The notes under the pieces were generated by a model. That model was not told the origin of the DNA, ran no database searches, and saw nothing but the letters and a program-made list of their open reading frames with translations. Both the position numbers and the translations under genes were made by a program. A DNA stretch of 64,000 bases, taken from contig CP128820.1 in NCBI GenBank assembly GCA_051546255.1, forward strand, positions 310,001-374,000, in the 5' to 3' direction. This DNA is from Meyerozyma guilliermondii. Lineage: Eukaryota. Below, piece after piece: positions 1 through 10,532 of the stretch; the first letter of the stretch is position 1; each line of letters starts with the position of its first letter.

Positions 1-2264
1 CCGGGACTGGGTGGCACATCTCCTGTTTCCCATACAATTGGCTGCGAATCGAGCTCAAATGTGATGGTTCCGCCATTTTCAAATAAGTCCTCGTGACTGA
101 ACCAATTCTTATTCCAGTCTTCACCATTGATTTGAACACTTTGGACATAGAAATTGGTGTCACTCAAATTGTTAGCAACAATTTCAACAGTATTTCCATT
201 TTCCAAGTTGAACGTCGTTTTAGGAACAAATGGTGAAGATAAGAGATAAGTTGTGGTACCTGCCACAGGATAGAACCCAAACAAACCGAAAAGAAGCCAC
301 GCCTGCATTGCTCCCGCATCAGAATTCCCAGGAAGTCCAGAAGCACCAGGTGAATATTTCGTATTGACCAAATACCGAATAAGCTCCACCGTCTTATGTT
401 GAGCATTGACATAATTGTACAAGTAAGGAGTGAGAAAACTGGGTTCATTGCCGATATCTGCGAATCCTTGTCCGTGAAGTGCAAACATATCGTCAAGTCG
501 TTGGGAGAAACTATCGTTCCCACCCATGAGATCCACCAAAGATGAAATATCATGAGGAACTGCCCAAACATATTCCACCGGTTTTCCTTCATACTCATCG
601 TCGGTCCAGTAACAATTGTTGCACGAAAGAGGGTCATAGTTTGTGCCATTGAAGGTTCCATCTGCATTTTTGGGCTGAACAAATCCTTTGTATGATACCG
701 AAGAATTAGTGGCTTCAGGATTCCAAATATTCTTCCAGTTGGTAGATCTTTTCAAATACTTGGCAGCATCACTTGTGTATCCAAGACCTTTGGCAACAAC
801 AGACAAAGCAAAGTCATCGTAGGCGTATTCCATAGTTCTTGTGACAGACCTGGTATATGCCCTTGTAACATAGCCATATTTGAGCCAATCAGGAAGTGCC
901 CCTCTTCCTTCTTTGTTGGAGGCATCGGGAGCTTTGGGGTCATAAACATATTCTGGTGTCACTTCGGCATTCTTTTTCATGGCTGAGAAACCGTCTTCCC
1001 AATTTATACCATCATTAATGTTCTTCGCATAGGCATCTGCCATGACAATGTCTGAGTTGCTTCCTCCCTGAGTTCTGCCATTCTGATTAGCAGATCGGGC
1101 ATCGGGCGTATACCCATCGTTTCTCCAAGTGTCAATCAAGCTTCTCACAATGTCTGCACCACGACTTGGACTCAAAATATTGAAGAGTGGATTGAGACAC
1201 CGAAAGGTATCCCAGATGGTAAAAAAGTCGTCATAGTAAGGCTCAGTAGAACTCCAGTATGGATTCTCGCCCGTTCTATTCGAAGGTAAAAGATGGGCTC
1301 CGTATAAGGCAGTGTAGATGTATTCGAGTAAGGTGCTGTTATCGGTTTCAATGTCAACCTTACCAAACACCTGAGTGTTCCATTTTTTGACGGTTTCAGC
1401 AACAGTGTCTTCTATTTGGTATCCTGAAAGTTCGTTCTCAATGTTTCGGCATGCTTGGTCTGTGGAAATAAACGATATTCCAACTCTTGAGCTGATGCTC
1501 GTTGTTCCCTCGGGAAATGTGAACAAAAATCCAAAAGATCCGTCTTGGATTGAAGACGAAACTGTGGACGAATTGAACCTCTGGGAGCCACTGAAAGCAT
1601 TGATTGAACTTGGTGCCGTCTCAAAATCTCCGCAATAGTATATGGTCCAAGGCAGTTGTTCACCCCAGCCGCCTTTGATGGTGGTTGAACCAGTGTACTT
1701 ACCTTCACTCAGTGTCGACAAAGAACCATTGACGAAATATTGGGTCCACCACGGCCTTGTGGGTGCCGAGAGATGGTGTGAGCCATTGACTAGAACCAGC
1801 GGGGTGGTACCTGAAGGAAATGTATACTTGTAAATTCCGGCTCTATCGGCGGCTGCAAATTCTGCTGTAACTCCGTTAGTTGCATTTACAAGATAGTGCC
1901 CTACCGACCCAGAATCAGGACTCAGTCTTTCAATTGTCTGCTGTGAACCTAAATCCACATCACCAACCAATGGAAGCTGAGCTACTACTCCGTACTGAGG
2001 AGCACCTCCGGTACCACTTTCATGCATCATTGAGATGCCATTGATTCTTCCATCGGGAGAGTAACCCGAATAAGCACTACCACCTTTGGCATCAAGAACA
2101 TCGACACCCATCTTGACCATCCCATAAGGTCTGGCAGGACCGGGGAACACATTACCTCCATTTTCAGTGCCGAAAAAAACGTCCACTTGATCATTTATGG
2201 CACTGTTGGCGAGAACAATCTGGCCATTGACAATCGAGAGAAGAACAGCAAGGACGGGCCACAT
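1..2264 (-). CDS. Secreted GH92-family alpha-1,2-mannosidase (3' end just beyond window start)
   Basis: Not in the ORF track; read manually. ATG at 2264 gives MWPVLAVLLSIVNGQIVLA (signal peptide), then FFGTENGGNVFPGPARPYGMVKMGVD. Downstream GH92 motifs: RTQGGSNSDIVMADAY, YEGKPVEYVWAVPHD, DIGNEPSF, GLPGNSDAGAMQAW, and WETGDVPPSPG at the edge. Frame spot-checked, not every codon. Confidence 0.9.
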   Translation of the reverse strand, partial: MWPVLAVLLSIVNGQIVLANSAINDQVDVFFGTENGGNVFPGPARPYGMVKMGVDVLDAKGGSAYSGYSPDGRINGISMMHESGTGGAPQYGVVAQLPLVGDVDLGSQQTIERLSPDSGSVGHYLVNATNGVTAEFAAADRAGIYKYTFPSGTTPLVLVNGSHHLSAPTRPWWTQYFVNGSLSTLSEGKYTGSTTIKGGWGEQLPWTIYYCGDFETAPSSINAFSGSQRFNSSTVSSSIQDGSFGFLFTFPEGTTSISSRVGISFISTDQACRNIENELSGYQIEDTVAETVKKWNTQVFGKVDIETDNSTLLEYIYTALYGAHLLPSNRTGENPYWSSTEPYYDDFFTIWDTFRCLNPLFNILSPSRGADIVRSLIDTWRNDGYTPDARSANQNGRTQGGSNSDIVMADAYAKNINDGINWEDGFSAMKKNAEVTPEYVYDPKAPDASNKEGRGALPDWLKYGYVTRAYTRSVTRTMEYAYDDFALSVVAKGLGYTSDAAKYLKRSTNWKNIWNPEATNSSVSYKGFVQPKNADGTFNGTNYDPLSCNNCYWTDDEYEGKPVEYVWAVPHDISSLVDLMGGNDSFSQRLDDMFALHGQGFADIGNEPSFLTPYLYNYVNAQHKTVELIRYLVNTKYSPGASGLPGNSDAGAMQAWLLFGLFGFYPVAGTTTYLLSSPFVPKTTFNLENGNTVEIVANNLSDTNFYVQSVQINGEDWNKNWFSHEDLFENGGTITFELDSQPIVWETGDVPPSP

Positions 2265-3272
2265 CTATATCGGCGAAAGTTGAAGGTGTTCCATATCTTT
2301 TATGGTTTCACCAACCACGTTGCAATACTCCCACATGGCTATAGACATTTGTGCGGCGGAACATTTTCAATCTTTCACAAGAAATCTCCATGCATCTTAA
2401 CGCAGCGATAACGCAAGGTGTGTCGTTAAAACAACCTTTTGACTATGCAACGCTACCACGTTCTTTATGGAGACGTGCCCATGTGGCTACGGTATTACGA
2501 GCCCGCGGGGAATCACAATGGAGAGATTGGATTGATATCTCGATAAGTACGGCCCGCTGAGCCGGTACCACCGTTCTAGGTAGTATAGCCGTAGTTGTGG
2601 ATTCCAGAGATATTAATTACTTGCATAAACAGTCATTGAGCACATGTGCAGCAGCTCGATCTCAGTTGACAGGTGTGACGTGCAGGACGAGAGCCACAGT
2701 GGTTTTGAAGACTAACTAGATACGGCCAAAATCGCCCAAATCACCGGAAATGGTCAGAACAACCAATTGCTTTAAATTTAACTTGATGAAAACCGGATTT
2801 AATCACATCACCTTGGTGGCTGCAACTGGAGTGGTTCCCCATATTATTTCTCCTGAACCACACCCCAACACCGGATCAGACACCGGTTCTATTATTGGCA
2901 GGTGAATAATCGCGCACCCTTACCTGGTAGTGTCCAGTGCCAGGATCACACTGGATTTTCTCAATTTCTCAGCCTGGTCAAAACTTTCACGAGCAACCCC
3001 CAAATATCTTTTAGCGCAAAACCCCAAGCAAAAGACACATTTGCCGTCGGCAACCCACACCCAAGTCTTTGAGTGCGCCTTCAGGTTTCGCATCCACATT
3101 TTTTTCCTGTGAAATCATAGCTTGGCAGTGGCAGTGAAGGTCATCGCACCTGATAAATCCGGTCATCGTTATCTTACGGATAAGAAATCTAGAGTAGAAA
3201 AGTAGATACAGGAAGCGTGTGGCGGTTACTACCCTTCAGCATCCCTTATAATATTCCATTCTTCTTTTGATT

Positions 3273-4982
3273 ATGGAGAACAAGAAAAAGAAAATGGGGG
3301 TTCTTGGCAAGCTTTTTGGTTCGCTGTCGACAAATCTTGTTGAAACCCCAGCGTCCCCAGATCAGTCTTCACAGGATAACTCACCAGTGCATACTCCTGT
3401 TCGGTCACTTTCCCCTAATTTGGAATCAGAACATCTCAGAATAACTTCTCCCAAGCTGCCCCTGCCTTCGTCCATCAGTCTGGCAGTTTCTGAAACGCAA
3501 AACGTCTCTCATACATCTCCGCGACAATCTGTTCAACCACCAACACCTACTAATCAGAGTCGAGAAAACCATTCCCAGCATGAAATTCTTCAGATGCCTA
3601 CCCCCCATTATACAACTCAAAACAAATCTCCCGCAGTTTCCCGTGCATCTTCAGTTGTGGGCAAGCGCAGTAATCCTTCAAGCAGTGCTGTTTCAAGAGC
3701 CTCCTCCGTAGCCGGGAAGAAAACAAAGCCTCTTTCACCAGTAGACGGAAAGCTCGACAAAGAAAAAGATAAGGATAAAGATTCTCAAAAACCTAATACT
3801 TCAGCTAATGTTAGTGCTACAAAGCCCAGATTTCGTATGCTTGAAAACGGTAATCATGAGCACAACTTGCGTTCAGCTAAACGTCAAGAGAAGCTTACCA
3901 ATATGCTTAAGGATCTTTTAGGAGCTAAAAAGCTTCGAGATGAAGCCAAAAGTGCCGTACCAGATATCTTGAACCTGGACCTCTCGTCTCAAGCCAACTC
4001 ACAGGATGGACGACAAAAACCTCCCACATTATTTGCAGGTTTGGTGAGCCAAGTGAAAAACAACTCACTGCCTTATCACGGACCTGCTATCGCTCCTTCT
4101 GAAGATTGTCGTTCTTTTGTGGAGAAATACGGGCGGTGTCAAGAAGTCATTGGAAGGGGTTCTTTCGGAGTCGTGAGAGTATCGCACAAACGAACAGATA
4201 CCACAGAGGAGGTTTTATATGCGGTGAAGGAATTTAAAAGGCGCCCGAACGAACTGGAGAAAAAGTATAATAGGCGTTTGACACTGGAGTTTTGCATTTC
4301 ACTGTCATTAAAGCACCTCAATATAATAGACACCCTTGATTTGCTCAAGGATGCCAAAGGTGAATACTGTGAGGTGATGGAGTTTTGTCTGGGTGGTGAT
4401 TTGTTCACACTTATCATTGCACTGGGAAAACTTGAATATGCCGAGGCCGACTGTTTTTTCAAACAGCTTATAAGAGGTGTGAATTACATGCATGAAATGG
4501 GAGTGAGCCATCGAGATTTAAAACCAGAAAACGTATTGTTAACTAAAAATGGAGTTATCAAGATTACTGACTTTGGTAATGGTGAATGTTTCAAAATGGC
4601 ATGGGAACAAGAAATTCAACTCAGTGAGGGTATATGTGGCCTGTCACCATATATAGCTCCCGAGGAGTTTACCCAGCAATCTTTTGATCCTCGTTGTGTG
4701 GATATATGGGCTTGTGGTGTGATTTACATGGCCATGCGAACTGGTAGGCAATTGTGGCAGCTAGCTGATCCCAAGAAGGATAGTTTCTTCGAGGAATATT
4801 TGCTAAAGAGGAAAGATGCTACAGGATACGAACCCATAGAATCGCTTAAAAGGGCAAGATGCCGCAACGTCATTTACCTGATACTCGATCCAAAACCTGA
4901 ACGGCGTATTACCGGAAAACAAATCCTCAATAGTGAATGGGGACGAGAGATTAAGCTCTGTCAGGCAGCTGAAATTGGCTAG
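3273..4982 (+). CDS. SAT4: Hal4/Sat4-family Ser/Thr kinase (ion homeostasis)
   Basis: Kinase domain with [25 protein letters not shown] and [11 protein letters not shown], plus an S/P-rich N-terminus. First ATG is at 3273. Confidence 0.88.
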   Translation: MENKKKKMGVLGKLFGSLSTNLVETPASPDQSSQDNSPVHTPVRSLSPNLESEHLRITSPKLPLPSSISLAVSETQNVSHTSPRQSVQPPTPTNQSRENHSQHEILQMPTPHYTTQNKSPAVSRASSVVGKRSNPSSSAVSRASSVAGKKTKPLSPVDGKLDKEKDKDKDSQKPNTSANVSATKPRFRMLENGNHEHNLRSAKRQEKLTNMLKDLLGAKKLRDEAKSAVPDILNLDLSSQANSQDGRQKPPTLFAGLVSQVKNNSLPYHGPAIAPSEDCRSFVEKYGRCQEVIGRGSFGVVRVSHKRTDTTEEVLYAVKEFKRRPNELEKKYNRRLTLEFCISLSLKHLNIIDTLDLLKDAKGEYCEVMEFCLGGDLFTLIIALGKLEYAEADCFFKQLIRGVNYMHEMGVSHRDLKPENVLLTKNGVIKITDFGNGECFKMAWEQEIQLSEGICGLSPYIAPEEFTQQSFDPRCVDIWACGVIYMAMRTGRQLWQLADPKKDSFFEEYLLKRKDATGYEPIESLKRARCRNVIYLILDPKPERRITGKQILNSEWGREIKLCQAAEIG

Positions 4983-5122
4983 TTATTTATATAGGCTCTA
5001 CACCTATGAGCCCTGTTTGGGGCACCCTTGGGTACATCTTGTATGTAGGGTCCATCACTGCACCTGGTGCCTCGTCTCCAACGCGGTAAACAACGCGATG
5101 GTTAGACAGATTCTCGTTTTCA

Positions 5123-6278
5123 ATGGTTGAGTTATCCGATTACCAGCGTCAGGAAAAGCTTGGAGAAGGTATGTATATATAGGTGGTGGACCAAGGATCA
5201 TGAATATGTCAAATAACACATGGGTGAATTTCCCCCAAAATGAGCATTTTGATTTTATGATAATGACAGTGAAGAGCCCTACGGAACCACATTCTCTAAC
5301 CATGCCCTCAGTGGTTACCTTGTGGACTCTACCGAAGCTTTGAATACAAAATTCATGCCTTGTGTTCTTTTTTTATTGAGTACTTTTTATACTAATACAG
5401 GTACCTATGGAGTGGTGTATAAGGCTATTGATACAAAGCACAACAACAGACCAGTGGCGCTTAAGAAGATCCGTCTCGAGTCCGAAGATGAAGGAGTTCC
5501 TCTGACTGCAATTCGGGAAATATCTCTTCTTAAAGAGATGCGTGACGAAAATATTGTTCGTCTTTATGACATCATTCACTCAGATTCACATAAACTCTAC
5601 CTTGTGTTCGAGTTTCTTGATCTTGATCTTAAAAAGTATATGGAACTGATTCCTCAAGGAGTGGGATTGGGTCTCGATATGGTGAAGCTGTTTATGCACC
5701 AACTCCTCAAGGGCATTAAGCATTGCCATGCACATAGAGTGTTGCATCGTGACTTGAAGCCGCAAAACCTTCTTATTGACAAGGAGGGAAATCTCAAGTT
5801 GGCGGATTTCGGTTTGGCAAGAGCATTTGGAGTACCACTTCGTGCTTATACCCACGAAGTAGTAACTTTGTGGTACCGAGCTCCGGAAATCTTGCTTGGA
5901 GGTAAGCAATATTCCACTGGCGTTGATATGTGGTCAGTAGGGTGCATTTTTGCTGAAATGTGTAACCGGAAACCTTTATTCCCTGGGGATTCAGAGATCG
6001 ATGAAATCTTTCGCATATTTCGAGTATTGGGAACACCAACGGAAGAAACTTGGCCTGATGTGTCATACCTTCCGGACTTTAAGCCTACGTTTCCTAAATG
6101 GCAGCGGAAGGAATTGGCCGAGTTTGTCCCTAGTCTAGACCAGGATGGAATTGATTTGTTGTCACAAATGTTGGTTTACGATCCATCCGGACGCATCAGC
6201 GCCAAACGGGCTTTGGTGCACCCTTATTTCCTGGATGATTCACAAGATAATCACCCACGGTCGGTGAACATGGGTTAG
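5123..6278 (+). CDS. CDC28: Cyclin-dependent kinase Cdc28 (exons 5123-5168 and 5401-6278)
   Basis: Exon 1 [15 protein letters not shown] splices in frame to [16 protein letters not shown] (with CTG=Ser), HRDLKPQN and GDSEIDEIF are present. Confidence 0.97.
5169..5400 (+). other. Spliceosomal intron in CDC28 (232 nt)
   Basis: GTATGT donor at 5169, branch TACTAAT at 5390-5396, ACAG acceptor ending 5400. Splicing restores GEGTYG. Confidence 0.93.
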
Positions 6279-6841
6279 GGACTTTTCGGTTTAAATAGCA
6301 ATGCAACATAAAATGCAATGAGGACAAGGGCACACGTCGTAGTGTATGATAGGCGTATTTCCAGCGAATGGTGAGATTTTGTACCTAGTAATTTGACAAA
6401 TTCATTACTGTAAATTGGAGTCCATGCATTTGGACTTGCAGCCAAAGTGATTTTTGTTTCGTCATTTTTTTGGTGGTTCAAGTGGGATGTGATATCTAGT
6501 AATCTGGCTCCTCTTGTCTCCAAAGAAGTATAGCTAGTTTCCAATTGCTTCAAGGTACTATTTTGTGCGATTGCTTTGAAATCTATTGCTTGGATTGATG
6601 CTGAAAAAGTATCAAATTTAGCCTGAATTGCTTCATGGACTTGTTCAATATCTTCCAATAACTTGGAAATCTTGAATCTCTCGGTTGGAAGTGAGTCAGA
6701 ACATAACGTAGTCGCAAGACTCGGATACGACTCTAGGGACAAGTCCGAAACCGAAGAAGTGTCTGAACAAAAACTGGTCGTTGATGCAGCATCTCCGTAG
6801 GTTGCTGGAGGACGAAGCCTTGAAGATTCAACAGAGTCCAT
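6275..6841 (-). CDS. Uncharacterised protein: Ser-rich N-terminus, coiled coil, C-terminal transmembrane anchor
   Basis: 188-aa ATG ORF filling the gap between genes, with hydrophobic tail [14 protein letters not shown] followed by KPKSP. Its stop overlaps the CDC28 stop. Confidence 0.65.
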   Translation of the reverse strand: MDSVESSRLRPPATYGDAASTTSFCSDTSSVSDLSLESYPSLATTLCSDSLPTERFKISKLLEDIEQVHEAIQAKFDTFSASIQAIDFKAIAQNSTLKQLETSYTSLETRGARLLDITSHLNHQKNDETKITLAASPNAWTPIYSNEFVKLLGTKSHHSLEIRLSYTTTCALVLIAFYVALLFKPKSP

Positions 6842-7066
6842 TAAACTACCGATATTTCAAGAATTCTGTGCCGTTCAATCTTTCGTATATGCCTACTAAA
6901 GAAACTAGATGACTATGGTTCCATGTTTGCAATTTGGTGGTTACACTAAGTGTTCCCAATTGGGAAAAGTAATTGCAAAACAAATACGCACATCACTTCA
7001 GCAGCCTTCAGTTTTGCACCTGAACACCAGGAGCATTTTTCGCGCTGCGAAACTTTATAAACTACA

Positions 7067-7909
7067 ATGAGCGACAGTCACTACGGCGAATCTGCAGGTT
7101 CAGGCTACGGCAGCTACGGAAACCGTGGGTATTATAGAGGCCGCGGACGCGGGTCGTCCAGGGGCAGAGGTCGTGGACAAGGATATGATAGCTACCAAGG
7201 TGCTGGATACCGCAATTACGACGGGCGAAGCGACAACTACACCTCGGAAAGAAGTTATGGTGGCGAAGATCATGGCGAAGGGGGGCGATACGGGAGCGAA
7301 AGGTACTATGGAGGCGATGGACATCACGCAGAACGCCGATATGGTTCTGAAGAACGATATATGAATGGCAGAGACGGTTATCGTCCAGACCGTGAAAATC
7401 GAGATCGGGGAGAACGAGGTCAAAGAGGTGATCACTACGAGGAACGTTATGGCTCTGGTGATCGCGGACGTGGCTTTAGAGGTCGTTCAGGTGGACGACA
7501 TGGCCATATTTATCCTCGTGCGAATCATGGAAGACCTATAGTAGGACACGAAAGAGAAGATTCTGCTCCTGGTTCAGAAAGAAGCTCGAAGAGCCCTTCC
7601 ACCAGCTACGTGGCACAAACGACACATATATCATCTGCGCGTGCGTCTGCGCATGCATCCCAAGATCATCCTGCCACAGAATACAACAGCCCATGGATTT
7701 CCATATTGCAAATCAAAGATGGGCCAACGAGAAAGAAGCTTGAAGAAAGATATAATGAACTTGATCAGGTAGACCGAGAACTCGCATCTGCTCTGAGAGA
7801 ATGCTGGCAACTTCAGCGTGCGTTGCAAACGCTCGAACATCACGCTGCTCGCGAGGCATTGCAGGTTCAGCAGACAAGTGAAAAGCTCGATGAGCTTAGC
7901 TACCTTTAA
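7067..7909 (+). CDS. LGE1: Lge1-like Bre1 cofactor (H2B ubiquitylation)
   Basis: R/G/Y-rich low-complexity N-terminus, an SPW motif, and a C-terminal coiled coil ending LQVQQTSEKLDELSYL, resembling the Lge1 QLTQEKLD end. Confidence 0.75.
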   Translation: MSDSHYGESAGSGYGSYGNRGYYRGRGRGSSRGRGRGQGYDSYQGAGYRNYDGRSDNYTSERSYGGEDHGEGGRYGSERYYGGDGHHAERRYGSEERYMNGRDGYRPDRENRDRGERGQRGDHYEERYGSGDRGRGFRGRSGGRHGHIYPRANHGRPIVGHEREDSAPGSERSSKSPSTSYVAQTTHISSARASAHASQDHPATEYNSPWISILQIKDGPTRKKLEERYNELDQVDRELASALRECWQLQRALQTLEHHAAREALQVQQTSEKLDELSYL

Positions 7910-8363
7910 AACTCATGATCATGATGGAATTTTAGATCAGAAGAGCATCATTGCGAAACGTTTCAAATGCTAAGGGAAGATATTGATTCGGTGAAGTGGC
8001 TATCTATCTGCGAATTCGGGTTTTCTACTCATATAATGGCTACTATAAGAGATGAAGACGATATTAAGAGTCTCCAAATTACCAAAAATACTATTTTCAA
8101 CACGAGTCTATAAGAGGTTTGAGCTCATTCTTAGCGTTCAATCTATTCGAAGCTTGGCCACGAACAAGCGATTAAGTAATTAAGATTGCCAAGCAAGACG
8201 CTACAATCGTTTGTCTCGTGTTCCAAGGTATAGTCCTAGCATACGGTAAAGATAAAATATTGTGCTATTTGCTAATCTAATAATTAGAGGTTACACAATT
8301 CTGCACCTTCAATTTCGCGTAGTTGAAATTTAATCGAGCGCGAACACCTTGTCACCTATTGCA

Positions 8364-9389
8364 ATGCTTCGCCTCATCGATTCGATCAGCGATAATTGTA
8401 CTGTAAAGACTGCTCTTTACGGTGCACTTCTCTTGGGTGTCTACAAACTCACAACTTTTGCTCTTAGCTTGGTCTCGTTAGTCTTGGATTTATGGGTACT
8501 TCCACCAGTGAATTTTGCCAAGTATGGTGCTAAAAAGGGAAAATGGGCTGTGATTACAGGAGCTTCCGACGGTATTGGAAAGGAGTACGCCACTCAATTG
8601 GCCGCCAAGGGTTTGAATGTGGTCTTGGTTTCGAGAACTGAATCCAAATTGGTTGCTCTTGCCGAAGAAATCGAGTCCAAGTATAAGGTCAGTACCAAGG
8701 TTCTTGCATTTGATGTATCGTTAGATGCTGAGTCAAGCTATGAGGATTTAGCAGCTACCATCGCTGACCTTCCTGTGACGGTGCTTGTGAATAACGTGGG
8801 GCAATCTCATTCGATTCCTGTTCCTTTCCTTGAAACCGACGAAAAGGAATTGCGTAATATTATTACCATCAACAATACCGCTACCTTGAAGATTACTCAG
8901 GTGGTGGCTCCAAAGATTGTGCACACTGTGGCCAGTGAAAAGAAGAAAACTAGGGGTCTTATTTTGACAATGGGTTCATTCGGTGGCTTGTTACCAACAC
9001 CATACTTGGCTACCTATTCAGGCTCCAAGGCATTCTTACAATCATGGTCCAACGCTTTAAGTGGAGAGTTGCAACCTCAAGGTGTGGATGTGGAGTTGGT
9101 AATTTCTTATTTGGTCACCTCTGCAATGTCAAAGATTAGACGCTCTTCTGCCTCGATCCCCAACCCAAAGGCATTTGTCAAATCTGTCTTGCGCAACGTT
9201 GGGCGCCGTGTTGGTGCCCAGGAACGTTTTGGAACCACCACCCCTTACTGGGCTCATGCTTTTATGCACTTTGGCATTGTGAACTCTGTTGGTGTTTACT
9301 CCAAAATTGCAAACTCGTTGAACTTGGGAATGCACAAAAGTATTCGTAGCCGTGCGTTGAAAAAGGCTGCGAGACAAAAGAAGGATTAG
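8364..9389 (+). CDS. IFA38: Very-long-chain 3-ketoacyl-CoA reductase (SDR family)
   Basis: TGASDGIG, NNVG and YSGSK SDR motifs, N-terminal TM segment and basic C-terminus. Close to CDC28 as in S. cerevisiae. First ATG is at 8364. Confidence 0.93.
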   Translation: MLRLIDSISDNCTVKTALYGALLLGVYKLTTFALSLVSLVLDLWVLPPVNFAKYGAKKGKWAVITGASDGIGKEYATQLAAKGLNVVLVSRTESKLVALAEEIESKYKVSTKVLAFDVSLDAESSYEDLAATIADLPVTVLVNNVGQSHSIPVPFLETDEKELRNIITINNTATLKITQVVAPKIVHTVASEKKKTRGLILTMGSFGGLLPTPYLATYSGSKAFLQSWSNALSGELQPQGVDVELVISYLVTSAMSKIRRSSASIPNPKAFVKSVLRNVGRRVGAQERFGTTTPYWAHAFMHFGIVNSVGVYSKIANSLNLGMHKSIRSRALKKAARQKKD

Positions 9390-9493
9390 GCTTACAGTTG
9401 TTAGGAACATATACTTGATGAAATTTCACATACTGAATAATACTAGTTCGTAACTACATCGGCAATAGCCTGAGATAACTTGCCCAAAATTGT

Positions 9494-10168
9494 CTAGGGC
9501 TGCCCACCCAACTCCTTGCGGAGACGGGCAAACTCTTCATCCTCAATCTCTTCCATTGTTGGCAGATGGCGATGATTCAGGCCATTACGCTCGGCAACGT
9601 AATCTGACTTTGAGTCCATTGAATCAGTTCTCGACTCAGCGATTGATTCATTAGTATAATCAGAAGTTTCTCCTTCACTGGGAGTTTCTGCTTCTGATTC
9701 TGATTTGGTTGCATGTTCGTTTCTGGAATTTGAATTTCTTCCCCTATGTCTGTGTCTTGACTTCTTGTGGTGACGATGACGACGCTCTGTTTTTGGGCGG
9801 GTAAGGATCTTTGGGACATGTAAAGTTAATATGTTGTGTTTCTTATTCAAATTCCACTCAATCAGCTCCAAATTAATTCCAGTGACATCAATTTCATAGC
9901 GACGTAAAAAGTGATCGTGATCAGAAAATACCTTTAAAAATGCAGTTCCATTGCGATCCCGCACAACAGTCACCTCGTAGTCCTCAAAACCTCCATAAGG
10001 TTTGTGTATTTGTAATTGGAATTCGCCATCCGAATCGTATTCTCTAGTATATATTTGTCTTGGTTGGCGGAACATCTCGTACTGTCGCCTATGAAGACGT
10101 TCCACAGGAGAAAGACTAAAGATACCATGTAATGGAGAGCATCTGCGATTACCGTAATAAGAAAGCAT
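9494..10168 (-). CDS. Btn2/Cur1-like protein-aggregate sorting factor (alpha-crystallin-like core)
   Basis: FEDYEV...LKVFS...LTLHVPK core, a basic His/Arg/Lys stretch, and C-terminal H(S)PTMEEIEDEEF resembling Btn2 SPLLEDVEDEE. HSEs lie directly upstream. Confidence 0.65.
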   Translation of the reverse strand: MLSYYGNRRCSPLHGIFSLSPVERLHRRQYEMFRQPRQIYTREYDSDGEFQLQIHKPYGGFEDYEVTVVRDRNGTAFLKVFSDHDHFLRRYEIDVTGINLELIEWNLNKKHNILTLHVPKILTRPKTERRHRHHKKSRHRHRGRNSNSRNEHATKSESEAETPSEGETSDYTNESIAESRTDSMDSKSDYVAERNGLNHRHLPTMEEIEDEEFARLRKELGGQP

Positions 10169-10213
10169 GTTTCTTTAAAAAAAAAATAGATCAGGGCATT
10201 ATTCAACTAAATA

Positions 10214-10260
10214 GAAAATTCTATTCTTCTAGAAGGCTCTACTGTCTTTCTAGAAATTTC
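10214..10260. promoter_or_regulatory. Heat shock elements upstream of the Btn2/Cur1-like gene
   Basis: Perfect TTC-TA-GAA-AT-TTC at 10248-10260, plus GAA-AA-TTC at 10214-10221 and TTC-TA-GAA at 10227-10234. Confidence 0.75.
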
Positions 10261-10436
10261 GCAGCCAGTGATAAGCTTTGAGGAAATTTTTCATTCTGAT
10301 AAAGTTGATGAGACTGTTTATTGGGGGTTGGTAAAGGGGTCGATGAGTGCCGAATCGTGATGATTTGTATGGTATTGTCCGTTTTCAATAGTCTTTTCTC
10401 TTCAAAGTGTTTCTCAGTAGCTATGTGTTTGGGGTC

Positions 10437-10472
10437 TCACGTGCCGTGTCACGTGCATGGAACCTTCTAGAA
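10437..10472. promoter_or_regulatory. Two TCACGTG E-boxes and a perfect HSE upstream of SIS1
   Basis: TCACGTG at 10437-10443, GTCACGTG at 10448-10455, GAA-CC-TTC-TA-GAA at 10460-10472. Confidence 0.75.
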
Positions 10473-10532
10473 ATCCATGCGGTGGGTTCTTGCGCTATAA
10501 AGTTAGAAAATGATTCTTTTCCTCCAATTTAC

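Noticed and set aside
164..2560. Many short ORFs listed in the first 2.5 kb
   Set aside because: Alternative-frame or antisense shadows of the GH92 gene and its promoter.
5169..5400. Possible intronic snoRNA in the relatively long CDC28 intron
   Set aside because: No box D (CTGA) on the sense strand and no clear H/ACA architecture visible by eye.
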